Source of the DNA: a phage
Length of the DNA: 64,000 bases
Sequence record: PZ452598.1
Reading direction: 5' to 3' (one strand)
Of the stretch, positions 1 to 9,454 are shown in pieces (position 1 is the stretch's first letter; each line of letters opens with the position of its first letter). The position numbers were made by a program, and so were the translations under genes. The notes under the pieces are model-generated. The model saw nothing but the letters and a program-made list of their open reading frames with translations. It did not search any database and had not been told where the DNA came from.

Positions 1-233
1 AGACCGATGTCTTCCATTCGCTTCATCCAATCTCGAGCATCTTTCATTGATGGAAATTTTTGAGGAGCGCAGTTTTTACCATAGATGTCTTTGTATTTTG
101 ACTCTTCCTTACAATGCCTAAACATAGTTGGAAGATATTCTACTTCACGGGTACGTTCCTTTCCATTTTCATCAATATAACGTTCAACAATGTTATTTCC
201 GACTGTTTCAATAGAGATATAAAATTCTTTCAT
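1..233 (-). CDS. 43: DNA polymerase gp43, N-terminal 77 codons only (gene continues beyond window start)
   Basis: ATG at 233-231 on minus strand; translation MKEFYISIETVGNNIVERYIDENGKERTREVEY...; not in ORF track because no stop inside window; lies downstream of regA-62-44-45 as in T-even replication cluster. Confidence 0.8.
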   Translation of the reverse strand, partial: MKEFYISIETVGNNIVERYIDENGKERTREVEYLPTMFRHCKEESKYKDIYGKNCAPQKFPSMKDARDWMKRMEDIG

Positions 234-235
234 AG

Positions 236-285
236 ATATTCCTTAGTTTATAGCCCGAGTTATTAGGCTCTTGATATATTATACT
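236..285 (-). promoter_or_regulatory. Shine-Dalgarno AAGGAA plus short hairpin directly 5' of gene 43 start; candidate gp43 autogenous translational operator
   Basis: minus-strand RNA ...AAGAGCCUAAUAACUCGGGCUAUAAACUAAGGAAUAUCUAUG; stem AGCC/GGCU with 9-10 nt loop abutting the SD. Confidence 0.4.
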
Positions 286-291
286 CCAAAT

Positions 292-309
292 AAGGGGCCG
301 AAGCCCCTT
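292..309 (-). other. RNA stem-loop GGGGC-UUCG-GCCCC (C(UUCG)G tetraloop) in regA-43 intergenic region
   Basis: perfect inverted repeat on plus strand aaggggccgaagcccctt; on the transcribed minus strand loop is UUCG. Confidence 0.5.
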
Positions 310-311
310 GC

Positions 312-680
312 TTAATTACCAATCGTATATTTAGGAACGAGCTTCCATTCATGTTTTTGTTTAAAAGAAATAACTCGGAAGTTATTAGTTAAATCTTTCA
401 TAAAAGTTCTTTGACCAGGAACGATTTCAATTAGTCCCCAATCTTCTAATAGCCATGCAATCGAATCACGACGAACTTCATCTTCTTCTGTCATTTCAAC
501 TTGACGACCATCCATACGAAGCATTTCTTTAAAATGAACGATATAGTATAGTCCTTTTTTCTGAAGAATATGACAGGACTGATATAGAACTTTATCTTTA
601 TTATTAGCAATTCCCATACGAGTCAAAGTTTCTTTTACTTTCAGAAAATCTTCAGGTTTTTTAAGAGTAATTTCAATCAT
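312..680 (-). CDS. regA: translational repressor RegA (122 aa)
   Basis: 122-aa ORF between genes 62 and 43; length and sequence match recalled T4 RegA. Confidence 0.85.
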   Translation of the reverse strand: MIEITLKKPEDFLKVKETLTRMGIANNKDKVLYQSCHILQKKGLYYIVHFKEMLRMDGRQVEMTEEDEVRRDSIAWLLEDWGLIEIVPGQRTFMKDLTNNFRVISFKQKHEWKLVPKYTIGN

Positions 681-681
681 T

Positions 682-1245
682 TTACCATTCCAATGCTAGT
701 TTTTTGAGTTGTTTCTGTTCTTTTACGTTCTTAGTCACTTCTTTCAAAAAATCATCCGTGACTAAACCTTTTAGTTCTTTTAATACTAAAGGAAGTTTTC
801 CATTTTTAGTAAGAATTGATTTATAGTTAATTGCATCATTTGTATTAACTTGATACCGCTTAGCAAGTAACTTAATAATCAATACTTCGGTGGAATCTTC
901 AACCAGTTTTGCCCATTTACCATATCTTTTACCACGAGGAACTGCAGCCATTAGATAATTAAAATGAGCTTCATCACTTAAGCCTGATCCAATTAAATTC
1001 ATAGCATATACAGCTGGCATACACTCTGGAAATTGTGATAATGCATTTTCAACCATGAATTTTGAATAATCTTTTTGAGCAATAGAGCATTTAGTTTTAT
1101 TATTAATAGCTCCAATTATTTCAAAAAATTCATTTTCTGCTTTTTCTTTAAAAGAATCAGCAGCGGATTGGACAGCTGTCCAATCTTTTGAATACCAAGC
1201 AACTTGATGCTCGTTTAATTGAATATCATCTTTAAATAAGCTCAT
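682..1245 (-). CDS. 62: clamp loader small subunit gp62 (187 aa)
   Basis: 187-aa ORF with 1-nt spacing to gene 44 upstream; conserved gene order 45-44-62. Confidence 0.85.
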
Positions 1246-1246
1246 A

Positions 1247-2206
1247 TCACTTCCACTGCATTTCGCATGCTAATTGAATGAAAAGATAAGCTAAATGCAA
1301 TTCAGTATTAGCTGCAATACCATGATACTGATTATTTTCGCCGACAATTTCGTACATACGAATAATACTTTGTGGAGTTACACGTGAATAGATTTCTTCG
1401 GCAAGTTTACCCACGAACCACGAATAATCAGCCGCATATTTTGGTGCTAAAGCTCTGAGTTGTTTAACATCTTTATTTTTGAGAGACTCAAGAACATCAT
1501 CAATAGCACCACGATCGTTAGTAACCAGTGATAAAATACCAGCATCCAAAACACCTTTAGACGAATAACTATCGAGCTCGCCAATAGTTTTACGAAAATC
1601 AGGAAAATTCTTTTTAACCAAAGCTGCTACAACTTTCATATCAGCTATAGCAATTCCTTCATGCTTGCAGATTTCAGTCAATCGACGAATCATCTGCTTC
1701 ATCATTTCAATTTTATCTTCATCAGTTGGTTGACCGAATGTAATAACTCGGCAGCGTGACTGAAGCGGTTTAATAATACCATCAATATTATTAGCAGTAA
1801 TAATAATACTACAGTTTGAACTATAAGCTTCCATAAAGGAACGAAGATGTCGCTGAGACTCTGCTAACCCTGAACGGTCAAATTCATCAATAACGATTAC
1901 TTTTTGACGACCATCAAATGAAGCGGCGCTGGCAAAATTAGTCAAAGGACCACGAACGAAATCAATTTTACAATCTGACCCATTCACAAACATCATATCA
2001 GCATTTACATCATGACATAATGCTTTTGCTACAGTTGTTTTACCTGTTCCTGGAGAAGGAGAATGAAGAATAATATGTGGAATCTTACCTTTACTTGTAA
2101 TAGATTTAAAGGTTTCTTTATCAAAGGCGGGAAGAATACATTCATCGATAGTAGATGGACGATATTTCTGTTCAAGAATGTGTTCTTTTTCATTTACAGT
2201 AATCAT
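1247..2206 (-). CDS. 44: clamp loader ATPase gp44 (319 aa from MITVNEKEH; ORF track start at 2221 gives 324 aa)
   Basis: Walker [11 protein letters not shown], Walker [12 protein letters not shown]+ clamp-loader architecture. Confidence 0.9.
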
Positions 2207-2240
2207 AATTTCCTCATTCAAGTTTTAGTGTAAATTATAA

Positions 2241-2254
2241 AGGGCCGAAGCCCT
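2241..2254 (-). other. C(UUCG)G RNA hairpin between genes 45 and 44
   Basis: plus agggccgaagccct; minus-strand RNA AGGGCUUCGGCCCU. Confidence 0.5.
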
Positions 2255-2257
2255 CTA

Positions 2258-2944
2258 TTAAAAATCGTGGGTAGAATCAGCTTCAAGAGCTACCACATAA
2301 TTCGCGTGTTCACCTTCAAATTTAGCAGCACCTTGTTTACCTTTTGCCCAAAGCAGAAGTTTATAATTTCCTGGTTGCATTTTCATATTTGCCATATTGA
2401 TAATGAAATTAAATGTATTTTCACCATCATAATCACCAAGAGTCAAAGAATATTTAACACGGGTCAGAGCAGAATCTTCTACTTTATTAAAACCGTTAAT
2501 TACGATTTTACCTTCTTTTACCGTGATAGCAATTGTATCAATTTGCAGACCACGAGATACACGCAACAGCTGTTGAAGGTCTTCAGCTTTAATTTCAGTA
2601 ACAGCAGATGCTACCGGGAATGGAATTGGTTTATTAGGAGCAACTACTGTACTCGGATCGGCTGCTGGCCAAAAAATTGTTGAGCGGGCATCAGCAATTT
2701 TAATATTTCCATCTTCTGACTGGGAAATTTCTGCATCATCATTAACTAAAGACAGAATACCGAGAAAACCGTTCAAATCGTAAATTGCTACATCAAAATC
2801 AATAACGTCAGAAATATTTGCTTCCGCATAAGTTGTACCATTAACTGCGCGAGTCATAATAAATTGACCGGATTTAAGCATAATACCAGAGTTAATAGTA
2901 GCGAAATTTTTAAGCAGAGCAGTAGTATCTTTAGACAGTTTCAT
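2258..2944 (-). CDS. 45: sliding clamp gp45 (228 aa)
   Basis: 228-aa ORF MKLSKDTTALLKNFATINSGIML...; position upstream of 44/62. Confidence 0.9.
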   Translation of the reverse strand: MKLSKDTTALLKNFATINSGIMLKSGQFIMTRAVNGTTYAEANISDVIDFDVAIYDLNGFLGILSLVNDDAEISQSEDGNIKIADARSTIFWPAADPSTVVAPNKPIPFPVASAVTEIKAEDLQQLLRVSRGLQIDTIAITVKEGKIVINGFNKVEDSALTRVKYSLTLGDYDGENTFNFIINMANMKMQPGNYKLLLWAKGKQGAAKFEGEHANYVVALEADSTHDF

Positions 2945-2962
2945 GTAATTTCCTTCAATTCA

Positions 2963-2998
2963 AATGAGATTTAATTTTATAACTAATTTAATAAAGCA
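2963..2998 (-). promoter_or_regulatory. candidate MotA-type middle promoter upstream of gene 45
   Basis: minus strand ttGCTTTA (MotA-box-like) about 10-11 nt upstream of TATAAA -10-like element, about 30 nt before the gene 45 ATG. Confidence 0.35.
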
Positions 2999-2999
2999 A

Positions 3000-3389
3000 T
3001 TAACGATTAAAATCAGCCGCAATTGTTTCCGCAACAATTTGAGCAGCAACAATTAGACGTTCATCTGCATTACCGCAATAATCATCTTCAAGGCGTTCAC
3101 CACATGAAGTCATAATAAATTTAGCACCGGCGTTTAGGGATTCTGTAGTATGTTTGCGCATTAGTTCAATCCATTTATTACTTACTTCACGATCGATAGC
3201 TTCATAATACGCATGACGAGCAGGTGCAGATTTAATTTTGTTCTGAATAACTTCCATTGCGTTATCAGAAAGAGACAAAACCCATGCTCGACGAATTTTA
3301 TTTTGGTTTTGTGGATTTGATTCAGAACGCACGTGTTTTGGCTGAATATCTTTTACATCAACAGTATAATTCACAGTAATTTTAGTCAT
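3000..3389 (-). CDS. rpbA: RNA polymerase-binding protein RpbA (129 aa)
   Basis: 129-aa ORF immediately upstream of gene 45; matches T4 gene order and size. Confidence 0.7.
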
Positions 3390-3398
3390 AATACACCT

Positions 3399-3587
3399 TT
3401 AGTCATAATAATCAGTAACAGTCCAAGCTTCATTTCTATTGGACATTATTTTTGTATATTCTGCTTTAAATGCATTCCTAAGCATAGATTCAGTAACTAT
3501 ATGCTCTTCATTAGAAAAATTATTTCTCAGAATATATCGTTTTATTTCAGGAATAGTTAATAGATGCTGTCCAGTTGAATATTCCAT
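3399..3587 (-). CDS. hypothetical protein (62 aa; positional equivalent of T4 45.2)
   Basis: short ORF in frame-packed array between rpbA and gene 46. Confidence 0.5.
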   Translation of the reverse strand: MEYSTGQHLLTIPEIKRYILRNNFSNEEHIVTESMLRNAFKAEYTKIMSNRNEAWTVTDYYD

Positions 3588-3642
3588 GTTTTTCCTCCAT
3601 AGAGATTATACTCTAATAAATTAAAGCATAATCTCTTATAAA

Positions 3643-5325
3643 TTAAACCATTACAGTAAATCGACCAACTTTCTTCATTTGAAGATGCTGACCATATTCT
3701 TGCGGGTCATGGTCTTTATGCGAAATTATAAAAACGTTAGTGTTTTTCATTGAATTTATAATATTAGCTACACCTTTAATACCTTCGGCATCAAATGACC
3801 CATCAAACACTTCATCAAGAATTAATGTACTAATACTAACACCAGATACGATAGAAGCAATATCACGCCAAGTAAATAAAAGAGCAATATCGATTCGTGC
3901 CTTTTCACCTTCACTAAATGAAGCATAACTAAAATCTTCACGACCACGGGATTTAATTGTCTCATTAAATTCTTCATCTAATGTAAACACATAATCCGCT
4001 TCCATTATTTTAAGATAATGGTTAATCTGCTTATTAAATAATGGAATGTACTTTTTAATAATAGCACCTTTAATACCAGAATCTTTGAGCATATCAGTCA
4101 AAATTCCTCGGTGGTATTTTTCCATTACTAAATTAGTTTTTGTCTTAACAATTTTATCAAGTTCTTCTTGAAGCAGTGCTATTTCATCAGCATGGTCAAT
4201 AAACTCAGAAGATGCTTTTTCTATAGCCGCTTTAACTTTTTTAGCTTTATCTACTGCTGCGATCAGAGATTGCTTTTTATTGCGAATATCATTTGCCAAC
4301 GACTGCTGGGTTTTAATATTATCTCGGTATTCATCAACAAGAACTTTTAAATTATCACGATGTGTTGAAAGCTGTTCAAACGAATGTGTGCATTCAGAAA
4401 CTTTATCTTTAATTTTAGAAACAACTTTATCACCGGAACTCAATTGTGACAAACAGGTTGGACATAATCCACCTTCGTGATACATATTAATGACTTTATT
4501 ATACGAGTCAATTTTTGATTTAATTAAAAATGCTTCTTGACCGATTTTATTAAATGCATCAGTCGGGTCTTCGTCCAAAACAATATTAACTAATCTTTCG
4601 TTAGCTTCTTCTATTTCCGATTTTAGCGTTCTAGCTTCTTTTGCCAAATCATCATACATATTTTGTAGACGAGTAAGGTTGTCACCCGTTAATTTTTTCT
4701 GGCGTTCAACATTATCATTATATATTTTAATTTGTTGGATAATACTATCTTTTTTAACATCAAGCACTTGGTTCTGCGAATTTAATTCACGTATTAGTGC
4801 TTTATTAAGCTTATCCATTTCAGCTAATGTTCCTACCTCAAGCAGGTCTTCCACAAGCTTTCTTCGCGCAGGGGTCGACAAACCCATGAAAGGGGTATAC
4901 CCTGCTGTACCAAGGACAACAATCTGCTTGAAACTGGCATATGACATTCCGATAAGCTGTTCAAATTCTGCTTGGAAATCTTTACTGCTGGCAGATTCAT
5001 TAAGACGTGTACCGTTAACGGTGATTTCGAAAACGTTTGGTTTTTGTCCTCTTTTGATATAGTACTTTTTCTCATCATATTCCATCCACAGTTCAACTAA
5101 AAGTTCTTTCTTATTTGTGCTGTTTATTAATTGACCTTTCTTTACATCGCGAAATGGCTTACCAAAAAGCCCAAATGTGATGGCTTCTAGCATAGTAGAC
5201 TTACCACCGCCATTTCGTCCAGTAATAAGAGTTTTTTGAACCTTATCTAATTGAATGTCAATCCCATTTTGACCAACTGACATTATATTTTTATATTTTA
5301 CTCTATTAAGTTTAAAATTCTTCAC
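3643..5325 (-). CDS. 46: recombination endonuclease subunit gp46 (560 aa; SbcC/Rad50-like ATPase)
   Basis: N-terminal Walker A GRNGGGKST, long central coiled coil with CPTC zinc hook-like motif, C-terminal LILDEVFD Walker B/signature region. Confidence 0.9.
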   Translation of the reverse strand: MKNFKLNRVKYKNIMSVGQNGIDIQLDKVQKTLITGRNGGGKSTMLEAITFGLFGKPFRDVKKGQLINSTNKKELLVELWMEYDEKKYYIKRGQKPNVFEITVNGTRLNESASSKDFQAEFEQLIGMSYASFKQIVVLGTAGYTPFMGLSTPARRKLVEDLLEVGTLAEMDKLNKALIRELNSQNQVLDVKKDSIIQQIKIYNDNVERQKKLTGDNLTRLQNMYDDLAKEARTLKSEIEEANERLVNIVLDEDPTDAFNKIGQEAFLIKSKIDSYNKVINMYHEGGLCPTCLSQLSSGDKVVSKIKDKVSECTHSFEQLSTHRDNLKVLVDEYRDNIKTQQSLANDIRNKKQSLIAAVDKAKKVKAAIEKASSEFIDHADEIALLQEELDKIVKTKTNLVMEKYHRGILTDMLKDSGIKGAIIKKYIPLFNKQINHYLKIMEADYVFTLDEEFNETIKSRGREDFSYASFSEGEKARIDIALLFTWRDIASIVSGVSISTLILDEVFDGSFDAEGIKGVANIINSMKNTNVFIISHKDHDPQEYGQHLQMKKVGRFTVMV

Positions 5326-5585
5326 AAAAGATTCCTTTTAATGTATCTTTTAGACCATTCTATCATATCATCATAATCTAAAAAGTATTCATCAAATTCA
5401 GCCATGCAAACAACGCCTTGTGCTGTTTTTGATGTGATATAAATTATTCCAACATATCTAGAATCTTCTTCGGTATAATCAATATTTGCTATGAATTCAT
5501 CATTAATGTCAAATGTCGAAAACTTCACAGTATGCATCCTTAATACAAGATACAGCCATATCTCGTAATGATTTAGGTGTGTCAT
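5322..5585 (-). CDS. hypothetical protein (87 aa or shorter from internal Met)
   Basis: ORF between genes 47 and 46; overlaps next ORF. Confidence 0.4.
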   Translation of the reverse strand: MTHLNHYEIWLYLVLRMHTVKFSTFDINDEFIANIDYTEEDSRYVGIIYITSKTAQGVVCMAEFDEYFLDYDDMIEWSKRYIKRNLL

Positions 5586-5772
5586 TATCTAAAATGTTGA
5601 AGTTAAAAGATACAGCCCAGTCAGTGCAGACAGTAACCTTTTTAATACAATTATCTTCAACCTCTAACGGTTCAAACCAGTATTCAATAATTTCTTTATG
5701 ACCAATATCATCTTTTACTTCACATTTAAAATGCTGACTCATCATAACATTTTTAAATTCATCAAAAGTCAT
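5509..5772 (-). CDS. hypothetical protein (87 aa)
   Basis: ORF whose start overlaps gene 47 stop (5769-5772). Confidence 0.45.
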   Translation of the reverse strand: MTFDEFKNVMMSQHFKCEVKDDIGHKEIIEYWFEPLEVEDNCIKKVTVCTDWAVSFNFNILDNDTPKSLRDMAVSCIKDAYCEVFDI

Positions 5773-6788
5773 TGTGTTGCCTCTACATATAGCTGATTTG
5801 CATATTGAATAAGTGCTTCACGGTCAGAATCAGTGATGTCTGGAATTGCATTAATATACTCTTCCATTAATGTCTGAAGCGATTGAACTTCAACTTCTTC
5901 ACTGTCATCTGACTCGACAGAGTTATCAATCTTTGACACAACTCGTAATGAATGCACAACTTTTTCTAGTTCAGATTCGAACTTCGTCAGATTTTTGTCT
6001 ACTTCAGTTACTATAACACGTACTGATAGATTTGTAAAATCTTTATAGTCAATTTTTCCTTTAAATGGATAATGAATTCTACGATGCCAGGTAGTATTGT
6101 TTGGAATAAATTCCGTTCGTTCTGTTTCTGTATCAAACATCCAGAACCCACGAGGGTCATTCTCGTCACCTGCGGTTAGTGTCCATGGTGTCCCAATATA
6201 TCTGACGTTTGCAGCCTCAGAAATAGTATGGAAGTGACCAGACCACACTTCTTTATAAGTCTTAAGGAAATCGGGTTCAAGACCATGAGATTTCATTCCT
6301 TTATAAAAATAAAATCCATTCAGTTCCCAGTGACCAACACAAAAAGAAGCAGATGAAGTTTTGATATGCTCAAGAATTTCACCAGTATTTTCTTCGCACA
6401 TCCAAGGAATCAAATCAATCAAACACCCGTCAAAATCTACTGTAGTAGGCTTATCATACACTTTAACATTAGGATATTTAGCCAAAAGCTCAGTAGAAGC
6501 ATTTGGATGCATTACATTTTTATAGTGGAGATCGTGATTTCCTACAATAGTGTGTAATGTAATTCCAGCATCATCAAGCGTTTGAACTATTTCACGGGCA
6601 AACTCCATAGTTTTATGTGTGATCGCTTTTCGCACATCAAAAATATCACCGTATTGAATCCAGGTAGTAATTCCATTTTTCTTAGAATATTCTATCGCTT
6701 GCTTAATTCCATCAATTTGAATACCGCGAATCCACTCATCATCAGCTTTAACGCCTAAATGCCAATCACCTAAATTTAAAATTTTCAT
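5769..6788 (-). CDS. 47: recombination endonuclease subunit gp47 (339 aa; Mre11/SbcD-like phosphoesterase)
   Basis: calcineurin-like phosphoesterase motifs LGDWHLG, QYGDIFD, GNHD, GHWE/GHFH. Confidence 0.9.
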   Translation of the reverse strand: MKILNLGDWHLGVKADDEWIRGIQIDGIKQAIEYSKKNGITTWIQYGDIFDVRKAITHKTMEFAREIVQTLDDAGITLHTIVGNHDLHYKNVMHPNASTELLAKYPNVKVYDKPTTVDFDGCLIDLIPWMCEENTGEILEHIKTSSASFCVGHWELNGFYFYKGMKSHGLEPDFLKTYKEVWSGHFHTISEAANVRYIGTPWTLTAGDENDPRGFWMFDTETERTEFIPNNTTWHRRIHYPFKGKIDYKDFTNLSVRVIVTEVDKNLTKFESELEKVVHSLRVVSKIDNSVESDDSEEVEVQSLQTLMEEYINAIPDITDSDREALIQYANQLYVEATQ

Positions 6789-6925
6789 ATATCAAGAACC
6801 GTCATTGAAATGCAAAATAAAATTATTGAAATAAATCCATCTGGAGTGCTAAAGAACCCAATCCAACATGCTCTAGTGAATAGATAAAATGCAAGAAAAA
6901 GTATCACATATCCAAGAAATATCAT
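6785..6925 (-). CDS. small hydrophobic protein (46 aa, MIFLGYVILFLAFYLFTRACWIGFFSTPDGFISIILFCISMTVLDI); below ORF-track size cutoff
   Basis: ATG 6925-6923; stop overlaps gene 47 start (ATGA-type coupling); fills otherwise empty gap between a-gt and 47. Confidence 0.45.
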   Translation of the reverse strand: MIFLGYVILFLAFYLFTRACWIGFFSTPDGFISIILFCISMTVLDI

Positions 6926-6960
6926 TATATCAAACTCCGTATAAAGCTAAAGGGCCGAAG

Positions 6961-6974
6961 CCCTTTATTTTGTA
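6961..6974 (-). other. C(UUCG)G RNA hairpin overlapping a-gt stop
   Basis: plus agggccgaagccct. Confidence 0.45.
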
Positions 6975-8167
6975 ATAATGTCAAACTGTTCTTTAAAGCA
7001 GAAGCTTGAATCTTGATGCTGATACAAAAATTCATATGCTTTTTCTCGCTCACGGTCATAAAGAGCTCGGTCAGATGACAGTTCTTTAATACGTTCAAAT
7101 GTTGATTCCATATCATTTTCATCAAACCAAATGATACCGCTATCATGCGAGGTCAAAGGAGTATTATCAACACGGAATTTTAAATTTTCGCCAGTAGATT
7201 TCCAAAATACCGGAATTGTTCCACATGCACCAAGCTCGAGATGAGTATATTCGAGTGAGCGTTGTAAGTATTTCTGGTTAAGTTTACTCAACTGATATCC
7301 AAAGCCAGATTTACTCATTCGTTCAAGCATTTCACTATTAATATAACAATCTAGGATTTGTGCCGGTTGATTCGGCGCGAGATTCATTTTATCAATCTCA
7401 CGATTACCGTAATATTCATACGGAATACCTTTTTCCTTAATTGCAATAAAAGCAGGGGAACGTTCCAGACCTTCCATTACAGTGGATTTACCAGCAGGTT
7501 TTAAGAATTTTTCATGAAAATCAAACATCTGGTAAAAACCTTTCCATGTAGTCGTACGACCAATCCAACGGTTGATATTCATGTTAATTTCAGAAACATC
7601 TTTCCAATAAGTTGACCGAACCTTCACAATATCCATAGGAGGCTGAAAATTATATACTGTCGGTGCTTCTTCAATATCATCAAACAGAGAAACAGTTTCT
7701 GGATACCATTCTTTCATCAGAACTTTATTAAAATCACCATTATCAGAATGGCTAAAAATAACATCAGCTCGACGAACAGTTTCTTCTAATCCCAAATTTC
7801 GACGCAAAGAAAGAACAGAATGATCATGCTGATAAACTACAACACGAATAGAAGGTTTAATATTATCTAAAAGTTTTTTATAGTTATTAATCGTAGCTTC
7901 TTGAACGGAAGTAGCAGGAACAGAATTAATAATTAGAATATCACAATCATTTACTAGCTTAAGTGCTTTATCGTATTCTTTAGCTAAAATAACTGGAATT
8001 GAAAATGATTTGTGGTCATGAGAACTTGTACGAGTAAATGATTTATCTTTAGCATAAACCAAAGTTACTTCATGACCATTTTTAATAAACCAATCACGTT
8101 GCTCGAGTGAGAATTTTGTTACACCACAACCTTCAAGACCTCGAGCCATAAAAATGCAAATACGCAT
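6965..8167 (-). CDS. a-gt: DNA alpha-glucosyltransferase (400 aa)
   Basis: 400-aa ORF MRICIFMARGLEGCGVTKFSLEQRDWF...; size and position match T4 a-gt. Confidence 0.8.
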   Translation of the reverse strand: MRICIFMARGLEGCGVTKFSLEQRDWFIKNGHEVTLVYAKDKSFTRTSSHDHKSFSIPVILAKEYDKALKLVNDCDILIINSVPATSVQEATINNYKKLLDNIKPSIRVVVYQHDHSVLSLRRNLGLEETVRRADVIFSHSDNGDFNKVLMKEWYPETVSLFDDIEEAPTVYNFQPPMDIVKVRSTYWKDVSEINMNINRWIGRTTTWKGFYQMFDFHEKFLKPAGKSTVMEGLERSPAFIAIKEKGIPYEYYGNREIDKMNLAPNQPAQILDCYINSEMLERMSKSGFGYQLSKLNQKYLQRSLEYTHLELGACGTIPVFWKSTGENLKFRVDNTPLTSHDSGIIWFDENDMESTFERIKELSSDRALYDREREKAYEFLYQHQDSSFCFKEQFDIITK

Positions 8168-8225
8168 AGTTTTCCTCTTTTCATTTAATAAATCATGTAA
8201 ATAATATTTTATTTTCTATAAAACG

Positions 8226-9020
8226 CTACGAATAGGCCCAAACATATCCATAAGCAATTTTGCTTTTTCCAGATATGCACTTTTTAATATTAGACATGCA
8301 TCCTTTAACGGATACAGCTGCGTCTTTAATTCTAGGAAATACTCGTAATAATTTTCCAGTAGTATCATATTGAAATACTGGCACATTTCTTTTCTGAGTT
8401 ATCCCACGTTTAGATTTAGACATTTTTTGTTTAGTTGCATTAGACATCCTAGAGGGCTTTCCTATGTTATCAGAATAATAATATTTCCATTGAAATCCTC
8501 CAGCGGTTTTCCTTTTACCATCTACACATTGTTTAATTGAAGTTGAACAGCTATATGACATATCTTCTGCAGCATCTGTAATACATCTATATTTGCGAAT
8601 AAAATTTCCATTTAAATCATATTGATAAATTGGTTTTCCAGCATTTCGTCTAGCGTTAGACATGTATTTTTTATTATCATCATCTTTCCAGAACTCTTTC
8701 ATGCTTTCCGATATTGAAGAAGATACAGCTGTTTTAATCCATCCATACATTTTATTATTTAGTCTTGTTCCGTCAGAACTATAACACATCATACGAATAG
8801 CTAAAGCCAATTTAGGAAGTCTATAAATTTTAAATAATAATAAATGCGCGGTAAAATGTTCTTCTGGTGTCAAAAGAACTAAATTAGTTTTATCATCTGT
8901 ACCACCCATACATCTAGGAATTATATGATGTGTTTCAGTATAGTATGTCAAAAGACTTTTATCATTGCCTCTGTTTAGTCCTTTTTCGATCAGTAAATTA
9001 TATATGTTTAAATAATTCAT
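8226..9020 (-). CDS. mobB: HNH homing endonuclease (264 aa; mobB-like)
   Basis: HNH motif ETHHIIPRCMGGTDDKTNLVLLTPEEHFTAH; C-terminal tandem NUMOD-like DNA-binding repeats (IKQCVDGKRKTAGGFQWKY / IKKCISGKSKIAYGYVWAY). Confidence 0.6.
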   Translation of the reverse strand: MNYLNIYNLLIEKGLNRGNDKSLLTYYTETHHIIPRCMGGTDDKTNLVLLTPEEHFTAHLLLFKIYRLPKLALAIRMMCYSSDGTRLNNKMYGWIKTAVSSSISESMKEFWKDDDNKKYMSNARRNAGKPIYQYDLNGNFIRKYRCITDAAEDMSYSCSTSIKQCVDGKRKTAGGFQWKYYYSDNIGKPSRMSNATKQKMSKSKRGITQKRNVPVFQYDTTGKLLRVFPRIKDAAVSVKGCMSNIKKCISGKSKIAYGYVWAYS

Positions 9021-9058
9021 TTTAGTTTATTTTACCAAAAAATTTATAAAGCAATATA

Positions 9059-9072
9059 GGAGCCGAAGCTCC
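9059..9072 (-). other. C(UUCG)G RNA hairpin upstream of mobB
   Basis: plus ggagccgaagctcc. Confidence 0.4.
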
Positions 9073-9263
9073 TATCCACATAATACGCCATACAGAGGCT
9101 CGTTAGAACTTTTAAATTTTATGCGCTTATATGTTATAGTTCCTTCTGCTTTAGCTTTATCATGAGCCTCTTTAAAGCGTCTCATCATTTCCTCTCTAGA
9201 GGAACGAATTTTATTATAATCTATTTCAGAAGTCGGATGTTCATCTTTCACAGTTGCCACCAT
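9072..9263 (-). CDS. hypothetical protein (63 aa)
   Basis: ORF in packed array. Confidence 0.4.
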   Translation of the reverse strand: MVATVKDEHPTSEIDYNKIRSSREEMMRRFKEAHDKAKAEGTITYKRIKFKSSNEPLYGVLCG

Positions 9264-9454
9264 TTTTTGACTTGATAAGAATCAACCCACACTTTCATAT
9301 TAGGGTCTGCTCTTACAATAGGAGGATTAACTTCTTTGATTGAACTATCACGGTATTCTTTTTCAGAAATTTTCACGCAAAGATGACCATTCAAAGATTC
9401 AGTAAATCCTGCATTAATTTTAAGACGCTTGAATTTTACGTGTGTAAGCATCAA
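9248..9454 (-). CDS. hypothetical protein (68 aa)
   Basis: ORF in packed array. Confidence 0.4.
   Translation of the reverse strand: MMLTHVKFKRLKINAGFTESLNGHLCVKISEKEYRDSSIKEVNPPIVRADPNMKVWVDSYQVKKWWQL

Noticed and set aside
2267-2683. 138-aa plus-strand ORF antisense to gene 45
   Set aside because: Lies entirely inside the well-supported sliding clamp gene on the opposite strand; low-complexity Phe/Ile-rich translation typical of AT-rich antisense frames.
4679-5062. Plus-strand 127-aa ORF (and minus-strand alternate-frame ORF 4833-5096) inside gene 46
   Set aside because: Embedded in the gp46 coding region, which has clear Walker and coiled-coil features in its own frame.
6925-7146. 73-aa minus-strand ORF overlapping the 3' end of a-gt
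   Set aside because: Overlaps the a-gt frame almost entirely; the real small gene in this gap is 6785-6925, which couples to gene 47.
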